A stretch of DNA of 59,352 nucleotides from the IMG/VR virus record IMGVR_UViG_3300030406_001933, positions 1-59,352 of that record; one strand, 5' to 3'. The stretch comes from a virus (taxonomy: Duplodnaviria > Caudoviricetes). Shown here one piece after another: positions 9,791-16,780 of the stretch. Numbering within the stretch: position 1 is the stretch's first letter; every line of letters starts with the position of its first letter. A model generated the notes under the pieces. The model ran no database searches. It had not been told where the DNA came from and saw only the letters and a list, made by a program, of their open reading frames with translations. The position numbers were made by a program, and so were the translations under genes.

Positions 9791-10039
9791 CTACCTCTTT
9801 TTCTTTTTTGCAAAAGTTCTTACATTCGTTGGTTTTGGACCCTTATTACCTGCTGCTCTTTTTCTTCTGACTGCGGAAGCTTTTTGTGATGATGACATTG
9901 ATCTAGCTTTAGATAGTGGGACACATTTTGGATACTTACGACCATCACCTTTTTTTCGCCCACAAGGTTGGTATTTACCATTCTTTTTGGGTGCACCTAT
10001 GTCTACCCATTTTTCTTTAACCCATTTTCTTAGACTCAT
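9791..10039 (-). CDS. Small basic protein (DUF5872 C-terminal-like)
   Basis: LRKWVKEKWVDI...CGR...YPKCVP motif; very Lys/Arg-rich. Confidence 0.75.
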   Translation of the reverse strand: MSLRKWVKEKWVDIGAPKKNGKYQPCGRKKGDGRKYPKCVPLSKARSMSSSQKASAVRRKRAAGNKGPKPTNVRTFAKKKKR

Positions 10040-10140
10040 TTTGGTTTTGCCTGAGTAGAGGGTTTAGTATCTTTCTTTGAAATTACAGGAACCTTTTTAC
10101 CACCACTACAACCACTAACCATTGGTTTATACTTGGTCAT
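10036..10140 (-). CDS. 34-aa basic protein (not in ORF track)
   Basis: MTKYKPMVSGCSGGKKVPVISKKDTKPSTQAKPK; ATGA overlaps at both ends; AGGAG SD. Confidence 0.65.
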   Translation of the reverse strand: MTKYKPMVSGCSGGKKVPVISKKDTKPSTQAKPK

Positions 10141-10298
10141 TTCTTTCTCCTTTTTGATTTTGTTTTAGATTTCTTTTTACCACCTGGTTTTATTTTACCA
10201 GAACAAACAGCTGATGCGTACATATTAGCATAAGCCGAAGGGTACACCTTAAATTTTCGCTTTGCTGCTGATTTACCTCTTGCACATAGTTTTGCCAT
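10137..10298 (-). CDS. 53-aa basic protein (DUF5872 N-terminal-like; not in ORF track)
   Basis: MAKLCARGKSAAKRKFKVYPSAYANMYASAVCSGKIKPGGKKKSKTKSKRRKK; AGGAG SD. Confidence 0.8.
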   Translation of the reverse strand: MAKLCARGKSAAKRKFKVYPSAYANMYASAVCSGKIKPGGKKKSKTKSKRRKK

Positions 10299-10306
10299 AT
10301 TTACTC

Positions 10307-10561
10307 CTACCAAGCCTTACACGACCAGTAACGAGCTTTGGTCTTAGGTCCAGGATTTGAGCAGTTATGTCTTGCTCTAAAGCTCTTACGGCGTGCAGGT
10401 ATGTTCTTTTTTATTTTCATATTTGGATCCCCGAACCGAACTATCTTAATTTTAGCACCATCAGATACACATACTGCTGATTTTTTCTTACCGCCTGGTG
10501 TACGAAATGGTTTATTTAAACTTTTACCTTTACAAGGACCACTAGCTTTTCTCTTTGCCAC
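10307..10561 (-). CDS. Small basic protein (DUF6321-like)
   Basis: KIVRFGDPNMKIKK...RRKSFRARHNC...KTKARYWSCKAW motif. Confidence 0.8.
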   Translation of the reverse strand: MAKRKASGPCKGKSLNKPFRTPGGKKKSAVCVSDGAKIKIVRFGDPNMKIKKNIPARRKSFRARHNCSNPGPKTKARYWSCKAW

Positions 10562-10922
10562 TATCTATCTCCTGTTTAATTACTTCTTTATGTTCTACCA
10601 CAGAATCATCTAGTTCGTCTGCCCTTGCTGCTATTTGTTCAAGTTCTTGTATAGACAACTGGTCTACCTTTTTGTGCTCTACAGAATGTTCGTTAAAACT
10701 GTGGTGTAAATCTGGCATAACTTTGTTCAACATAACGCTGAATAATCTAACTTGTTGGTTAGACCAGTTCTTATCACCCTTTAATACTTCTCTAACTTTA
10801 GGAATATTATTTCTAACTACATCAAGTACAGATCTACGAACTCTATCTACTTCAATAGGAGTTACTGGTGGTAGACTACCTGTTGATTTTACTGGATTTG
10901 GATTCTTTCTTACATTCGGCAT
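10542..10922 (-). CDS. Putative terminase small subunit
   Basis: 126 aa, first gene of the late operon upstream of TerL; LNKVMPDL motif and C-terminal helix LSIQELEQIA. Confidence 0.65.
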   Translation of the reverse strand: MPNVRKNPNPVKSTGSLPPVTPIEVDRVRRSVLDVVRNNIPKVREVLKGDKNWSNQQVRLFSVMLNKVMPDLHHSFNEHSVEHKKVDQLSIQELEQIAARADELDDSVVEHKEVIKQEIDSGKEKS

Positions 10923-11317
10923 ATCTTATTTTAACCCTAGTTTCAAAAATTGCTACAAAATATATTTATGGTGGGGATGACACACGCGTGACGCAACGGC
11001 GGGTACTACCCCAACCCCCCCATACCGACAAACTGACACAACTTCGTTGCAGAACCCTGCAAAACCCTACGAAAATCTACGATTTTCTACTCCTATCCAA
11101 GGAAATTTCTACGAAATTTCTAGGGTTGTTTTCAAAGCTACGCTTTGGTCGGCTAAATATAGGTCTTACGACCTATATCTCAATCATATCAAGCCTTTAG
11201 GCTTGGTGTCGTACTCGGTTTACTATCCCCTAAAAGGGGAAGGGGTATTATATAGGTCGGAATTTCCAATCGGATTTTCCAAGTTCATAATCACACAAAC
11301 CAAAAAGGAGGCTAACT
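10923..11317. promoter_or_regulatory. Divergent non-coding control region (late/early switch; possible pac/terminus region)
   Basis: Strand switch; C-run 11009-11021; GAAATTTCTA tandem; inverted repeats at 11157-11178, 11186-11209 and 11226-11240. Confidence 0.6.
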
Positions 11318-11686
11318 ATGGACACAACATTAAGTAAAAACGCTTATGGCGAAGCCATTACCAAAGCAACAACGATAGCACAGGCACAACCTGCGTACGA
11401 TATCGTGGTCGGGCGAATGGAGAAAAACCTATCGGGCGACAAGGGGTGGAAGGTTGGTAACAACCTTTCGTTCGTGGAGAAATATGCGAAGCATATCACT
11501 TCACTCGGTGGCGTAGTTCCTACGGAACTGATTGCCAAGGCAAAAGCGTATGTAGACGCGAGGAAGTCGGTTGCGAAACCTTCGGTTTCTGCCGAGTTCA
11601 CATTCTTGCCACCAGCGATTGCTGGAAGCAACATCTCTCGTGAGGAGAAAGCGAAGCTTAACACTTTCTTCAAGGCTCAGAAGTAG
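11318..11686 (+). CDS. Hypothetical protein, first early gene
   Basis: 122 aa; AAGGAGG SD; followed by an intrinsic terminator. Confidence 0.8.
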   Translation: MDTTLSKNAYGEAITKATTIAQAQPAYDIVVGRMEKNLSGDKGWKVGNNLSFVEKYAKHITSLGGVVPTELIAKAKAYVDARKSVAKPSVSAEFTFLPPAIAGSNISREEKAKLNTFFKAQK

Positions 11687-11706
11687 CCACACGCTCGCAA
11701 ACCTAG

Positions 11707-11742
11707 ACCCAGAGTGGACTTGTTCTGCTCTGGGTTTTTTTT
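11707..11742 (+). terminator. Rho-independent terminator
   Basis: 12-bp stem ACCCAGAGTGGA/TCTGCTCTGGGT (two G-U pairs) followed by a T run. Confidence 0.85.
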
Positions 11743-11811
11743 ATGTCTGCATCTTGTGAGTGTAGACAGCAACAACAACAACACAAACACAACAGAATTC
11801 CAGAATTGTGA

Positions 11812-12006
11812 GCGTAGTTGTAGGGTCAACAATCTACCTGCTACGCAACAATCTTACCATCAGGCATACGCTTCTTAAATGGTAGCTCGCAGATGGTTCG
11901 TAGGCTAATGACAGATGCCTCTGTCAAGAAGGTTGGTGCAACGAGGAGTAGGCACACTGCCGATACTAGCTCTCGGTACACATTAACGAAACTCGTTGTG
12001 CCAATC
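11812..12006 (+). ncRNA. Candidate structured RNA / processing region
   Basis: Four successive hairpins incl. a 15-bp stem 11931-11945/11992-12006 with 3 G-U pairs; no SD-led ORF. Confidence 0.45.
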
Positions 12007-12029
12007 ACTCACCAACAAAGGAGAGGGTT

Positions 12030-12263
12030 ATGTGTCAACCACAAACACGACAAGAGAAAATTGCTGAAGCGAAGCAATACTACACAGAATCCACATTCGC
12101 TTGCTTGAATACTATCAAGCACAAGGATTCTACCAAGGATATGATTGCAGATGCTCGTAAGCGTCTACGAACATATCAGCTATACACAAGGGCAATCAAA
12201 TACTACGAAACAACTGGCTGTTCGTTCAAGGAAGCCAAGGCTTTCATAGGTATTTCAGACTGA
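12030..12263 (+). CDS. Hypothetical protein
   Basis: About 77 aa with AAGGAG SD upstream. Confidence 0.6.
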   Translation: MCQPQTRQEKIAEAKQYYTESTFACLNTIKHKDSTKDMIADARKRLRTYQLYTRAIKYYETTGCSFKEAKAFIGISD

Positions 12264-12274
12264 CCTTGTCTATC

Positions 12275-12292
12275 TGTATCACATATGATACA
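12275..12292. promoter_or_regulatory. 18-bp palindromic operator TGTATCA-CATA-TGATACA
   Basis: Perfect 7-bp arms; three degenerate copies at 29293, 29320 and 29360. Confidence 0.65.
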
Positions 12293-12316
12293 CTAACACT
12301 AAAAAAGGAGGTCTGT

Positions 12317-12631
12317 ATGAAGAAAACAATCTTCACTGACAACAATGGTAAGCCAACGATGTATGTAGACGAATCAGGCGATATGCAAACAATCAAGGTT
12401 ATACCAAACACAACCCAAGTAAAAGACAATACACGCAAAAATGTAATCAGTCCATTTTGGGATTTAGTTCTCGGAATGATTCTGTGTGCTTGTATTGGTG
12501 GTCTATTCGCAGTTGTTATCCTTGAATGGTTAGCAGGCTGTGGAGAGGTTACTTACTTTGCAGACGGAACTTGGAGAACCAACGAATGTCTGTTCCAAAA
12601 CAACAACATTGAAACTGGTACTTGGAAATAA
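12317..12631 (+). CDS. Hypothetical membrane protein
   Basis: Start moved to ATG 12317 (AAGGAGG SD); one long hydrophobic segment. Confidence 0.7.
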   Translation: MKKTIFTDNNGKPTMYVDESGDMQTIKVIPNTTQVKDNTRKNVISPFWDLVLGMILCACIGGLFAVVILEWLAGCGEVTYFADGTWRTNECLFQNNNIETGTWK

Positions 12632-12654
12632 TAACCCACAACAAAGGAGTAAAT

Positions 12655-12717
12655 ATGGGTATTGTAGAATGGGCTATTGTCCAATTCATTATCACTGGGT
12701 TCGTAATACTATTATGA
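12655..12717 (+). CDS. 20-aa hydrophobic peptide (not in ORF track)
   Basis: MGIVEWAIVQFIITGFVILL, AAGGAG SD at proper spacing, TGA-TAA double stop. Confidence 0.5.
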   Translation: MGIVEWAIVQFIITGFVILL

Positions 12718-12804
12718 TAAGCGATAATGATAAAAAACTATGGGCTTGGTACACACAAGATGTCAAGCCCCTTCACCCTAACAATAACACTAACGGAGAA
12801 ACAT

Positions 12805-13509
12805 ATGACACAACAAGAGTTCAAACCCAAAGCTATGAGCGAATGGGAGAGGATAGACTTGCAAAGGAAGGTAGAGAAACAGAAATCAGTGGAAGGTTTC
12901 AAACAAAAGCTTTCGCTTGTCTGTCAAAACTACTGCATAAATAACATACGAGTGGAGTTCTATGGCTCTGGTGATGATGGGTCTATTGAGAGTTGCGAAG
13001 TTCAATTTGACAAAGGCATCACTACGAAATACTCGGCGAAAGAAACCATTGAGTTTCAAGAGCAAGCCATAAAACATCTAGCAAATCGTGAACACGACAA
13101 GAAAACAATACCACCAACAACAAAGTTTGATTGGAAGAACTTAACTGGTGTTGTTAAAGATTACGATTGGGCTAAAAAACGCAAGCTTACTGACAATGAG
13201 AAAGACCTGCACTACGCTGTCTACAATATCATTGTTGAGAAGTTTATGAATGAAACCTTCAAAATCACAAAGCAGAAAAGTGAGGGAAATACTGGCACAC
13301 CTGTTGAGATAGACAGAGCTGTCAAGGTTTCAGAAGCGATAGATGATTGGTGCTATGACCAATTAGAAATAACAGGATACGATTGGTACAACAATGATGG
13401 TGGTTCAGGTAATTTTGAGTTCAATGACCCAAAAGACCCTGATGCAGAGGTTACTCTTGAACTATCAATCAATCGTATGGAATCAGACGATTACCAATTT
13501 GATTTGTAA
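12805..13509 (+). CDS. DUF6878-like protein
   Basis: VEFYGSGDDGSIE and DWYNNDGGSGNFEF motifs; start moved to ATG 12805 (GGAG SD). Confidence 0.75.
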   Translation: MTQQEFKPKAMSEWERIDLQRKVEKQKSVEGFKQKLSLVCQNYCINNIRVEFYGSGDDGSIESCEVQFDKGITTKYSAKETIEFQEQAIKHLANREHDKKTIPPTTKFDWKNLTGVVKDYDWAKKRKLTDNEKDLHYAVYNIIVEKFMNETFKITKQKSEGNTGTPVEIDRAVKVSEAIDDWCYDQLEITGYDWYNNDGGSGNFEFNDPKDPDAEVTLELSINRMESDDYQFDL

Positions 13510-13520
13510 AGGAGGTATAT

Positions 13521-13904
13521 ATGGCAAATTGTTATCATCATAGCTTATCATCTGTTAAGAAATGGGGTGGTAAGCCAGAGGATTATCAAGCGATCCACGA
13601 TTGGTTTGATGAATCCAAGAAGATTATGGCAGACTTTAGACACAGAGCATTACGACACCACGCAGAGGGTTGCTTTGCTTGTGAGAAAGAGTTTGGTGTA
13701 GCAATCAAGAACTCTGACGGCAGAATGGTGCCAGTCCGATTGATAGCTGAAAGGCATATCATTGAGGATTTAGGCTATATTCCTTCAATGTCAGACTGGT
13801 TTTCACAGATAAAACCTGCAAAATGGATGATGCGTGGGGGCTATCTCAAAACCAAAGACTTGATAGACGACAATAATATTATTAAACTGGGTGTACGCAT
13901 ATGA
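13521..13904 (+). CDS. DUF6915-like His-rich protein
   Basis: YHHSLSSVKKWGGKPEDY-x-x-IHDWFDESK...RHRALRHH...ERHIIEDLG motif set. Confidence 0.8.
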   Translation: MANCYHHSLSSVKKWGGKPEDYQAIHDWFDESKKIMADFRHRALRHHAEGCFACEKEFGVAIKNSDGRMVPVRLIAERHIIEDLGYIPSMSDWFSQIKPAKWMMRGGYLKTKDLIDDNNIIKLGVRI

Positions 13905-14269
13905 GTGATAAAAGCGTCTACCAGATTAACCTAGAATTTCTCGCCAAGAGATTGGAGGGAGATGCAGACGAGGTAGTGAGTTTCTTTGAGGAACTCTTTG
14001 ACCTCTACTTTGGAGCCAATGCGTTCCACAAGCTGATGGTTCAGCACAACATAGAAGCTCTACGAAAAAGAATATGGGATAGGCACAAGGAGTGGCGTCA
14101 ACAACCACTTCATACCTATTTCAATGAGAGAGAACATTCTATGCGTGATGTTCAATCATTCTGCAATCGCAAGATGAATAGTTTAACTGCTTCCGAGGAT
14201 ACGAAAAAGGTATGCAAGGAGATAGTTGACATCATAACTACGAGGGCAGGAAAAAAACCACAACTATAA
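13901..14269 (+). CDS. Hypothetical protein
   Basis: 122 aa, ATGA-coupled to the preceding gene. Confidence 0.7.
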   Translation: MSDKSVYQINLEFLAKRLEGDADEVVSFFEELFDLYFGANAFHKLMVQHNIEALRKRIWDRHKEWRQQPLHTYFNEREHSMRDVQSFCNRKMNSLTASEDTKKVCKEIVDIITTRAGKKPQL

Positions 14270-14293
14270 CACTAACTATAAAAGGAGGTCTGT

Positions 14294-16438
14294 ATGCCAA
14301 CAGACAATGATACTATTATCAGTACGCTATTTCCTAGTGCATCTGATAATACAAACATTCCTTGTAAGGTGTTTATTGATGACCTTATTGTTAAGTACAA
14401 AGACGATAGGGTTGCAGTAAAAACACTTACACGAGTGTTCTTCAACCAGTGTGTTGAAACATTTGGAATCCCACCAAGTGTACTTCGTTTGACACCCAAG
14501 GGTGCAAGCGAATCTATATCGCTATCCAAAGCGATAGACAAGATGAACAAGGGATTATTATGTTCATTGATACTACAAACTAGCAATCATCTAGAAAAGT
14601 CTGACCCAACACAAGCATTACAGCAAGTGATACTTGAGTTGCAAGACAACATAGACGACTGCAGTAGCAACGAAGAAGATGAGAAAGGTAAGAAGTTATT
14701 TGCTTACGGAGTACCATTTAACACTAAAGAACTAGATGTAAGAAACAACACCCACGACACAAGTCAGCTCGGAAGTAAATCATTCCCTGCAGTTGCACTT
14801 GCGAAGAAGCTAGAAGTATTCTTCAACGAGTATGCTTCAACATCTAAAACCACAACCACAACCAAGAAGGAAAAGACAATGACATTTGATGTTAACAAAG
14901 CCAACGATAAAGTTGTTGCTATGGCTATGGCTATGGCAAAGCACGACATTGAAGATGGTCTTGACACTATTGAGAAGTGTGTTCAGAAGAGGTTAGACAA
15001 AGCTTTGCAAGAGTATGGCAACAAGCACACCCTGACTTCTGAGGAACGCGTTTCTCTCAAAGCTAGTGTAGACCTAACAATGCCAACCTATACTGAAGAA
15101 GATATTGATAGGATATTCGCAGAGAATCAAGATGATGCGAGAGAATATCTACCTTCTGATGTAGAACCCAAAGACGACAAGTCCAATGAACCAAGCAAGC
15201 AACCAGTCAAGCCTGTCAAGATAGACAAGCCAGAACTCAAGCCTGCTGTTGAGTCAATGCTATCACAGATGACATCTGGTGTAGTTACTGACATTGAGGA
15301 GTTGTTGCAAACCAAATCACAGCTCGCAGAGTTGCAATCAAGTTCAGAAAACTTGAAGAAAGAGTTGTCTACATTACGATCTCGTTCGTTCGCTGCCCAG
15401 GCAGCTTCAACAGGTGAGGCTAAGGTAGACGGCAAGAAGCTGAAGTATGAAGTGGTGATGCGTAAAGCATCTGACATCTTCAGAAACCCTAGGTCTGGTC
15501 GTAAGATTACACAGCTAGACTTTGAGATACCTACCTTGATATGGAAAGATGATGAGGGCAAGGTTGTCAGACACCCTATGTGTCCAGACACCAATGTCAA
15601 TTATCAGTTCAGAGCATCACACCTTATCAAGTTCTTGACTGCGTATCTGCTTGGTAAGAATGTTTGGCTACACGGACATACTGGTACTGGTAAGACTACT
15701 TTGCCAGAGCAAGTTGCTTCGTTGATTGGTCTACCATTGTTCCCATTGAACTTGGATTCACAGCTGGAGAGAGCAGACTTGACTGGTCAGACCAATCTGA
15801 TTGAGCAGAATGGTACAACCATTACCAAGTTTGTTGAGGGTATCTTACCAACATCAATGGTATTGCCTTGCTTCCTTGTGCTTGATGAGATTGATGCAGG
15901 TAAGCCTGACATTCTCTTTGCTATACAGAGAGCAACAGAAGGTAAAGGTCTACTGCTTACAGAAGATGGTGGTAGATTGGTTAAGCCACACCCATTGTTC
16001 AGATTTGTAGCTACTGCAAACTCTCGTGGTCAAGGTGATGAACACGGCGTCTATGCAGGGGTCAGACCTATGAATGGTGCGTTGCTTAACAGATTCGGTA
16101 CTTTCATTGAGATAGACTATATGACACCTGAAGAGGAGTCAGCACTTCTTGAAAGAGAGTACAAGCTACCGAAAGATATTACGAAGAACTTGGTAGAGTT
16201 TGCCAAGCTATGTCGTAAGGCTTTCAAGTCTGGAGAAACATCTGTTCCAGTATCGCCAAGAGATACAACAGCAGTTGCTGAGTTCTACACTCACTACTCT
16301 GCTGTATTAACAACCAAGACGCAAGCTATTGAGTATGCCATTGACAATGCAATCCTATCTCGTTGTCCGATAGACAACAGACAGAGAGTTGTTGAGTTGG
16401 CTTCTCGTTGCTTTGCTGATTGTAAATTCACAAACTAG
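14294..16438 (+). CDS. MoxR/CobS-like AAA+ ATPase with long N-terminal extension
   Basis: Walker A GHTGTGKT, Walker B LVLDEIDAG, FVATANSRGQGD, ALLNRF, VSPR sensor 2; about 430-aa N-terminal extension. Confidence 0.9.
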   Translation: MPTDNDTIISTLFPSASDNTNIPCKVFIDDLIVKYKDDRVAVKTLTRVFFNQCVETFGIPPSVLRLTPKGASESISLSKAIDKMNKGLLCSLILQTSNHLEKSDPTQALQQVILELQDNIDDCSSNEEDEKGKKLFAYGVPFNTKELDVRNNTHDTSQLGSKSFPAVALAKKLEVFFNEYASTSKTTTTTKKEKTMTFDVNKANDKVVAMAMAMAKHDIEDGLDTIEKCVQKRLDKALQEYGNKHTLTSEERVSLKASVDLTMPTYTEEDIDRIFAENQDDAREYLPSDVEPKDDKSNEPSKQPVKPVKIDKPELKPAVESMLSQMTSGVVTDIEELLQTKSQLAELQSSSENLKKELSTLRSRSFAAQAASTGEAKVDGKKLKYEVVMRKASDIFRNPRSGRKITQLDFEIPTLIWKDDEGKVVRHPMCPDTNVNYQFRASHLIKFLTAYLLGKNVWLHGHTGTGKTTLPEQVASLIGLPLFPLNLDSQLERADLTGQTNLIEQNGTTITKFVEGILPTSMVLPCFLVLDEIDAGKPDILFAIQRATEGKGLLLTEDGGRLVKPHPLFRFVATANSRGQGDEHGVYAGVRPMNGALLNRFGTFIEIDYMTPEEESALLEREYKLPKDITKNLVEFAKLCRKAFKSGETSVPVSPRDTTAVAEFYTHYSAVLTTKTQAIEYAIDNAILSRCPIDNRQRVVELASRCFADCKFTN

Positions 16439-16450
16439 AAAGGAGTGTCT

Positions 16451-16768
16451 ATGAAAGTTGTTGATTTACAAGCCCGTACCCCTGCGACAGGGGACAGGGA
16501 TAGGACAACATATATCATCAAGTCAGAAGAGGACTTCAGAGAGTTCATCAAGAAGTACGAGAAAGATGTGATGTGCGATTTGAAGTCTGTATCTGACTGG
16601 CAAGTTGTAGACAAAGAAGATGACTACAATGATATGTGGCAAGAAGAAGATGATAAGCTATACCCATCTGGGTACAAGCTTATGATTAACGAGTACGAAA
16701 ACAAACCCAATGTTATATCTTATCTCAAAGACAAGATAATCAACATTGAAACATTTTACTTATCGTAA
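16451..16768 (+). CDS. Hypothetical acidic protein between AAA+ and vWA genes
   Basis: ATG 16451 with AAGGAG SD. Confidence 0.7.
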   Translation: MKVVDLQARTPATGDRDRTTYIIKSEEDFREFIKKYEKDVMCDLKSVSDWQVVDKEDDYNDMWQEEDDKLYPSGYKLMINEYENKPNVISYLKDKIINIETFYLS

Positions 16769-16780
16769 AGGAGGAAGCTT

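Noticed and set aside
11900-12006. Hammerhead or twister ribozyme
   Set aside because: CUAAUGA and CGAAAC resemble hammerhead core pieces and ACACUGCC resembles twister, but the conserved core and stem order do not fit.
11893-12108. 71-aa ORF across the structured region
   Set aside because: No SD, overlaps the SD-led ORF at 12030, and the sequence is better explained by RNA stems.
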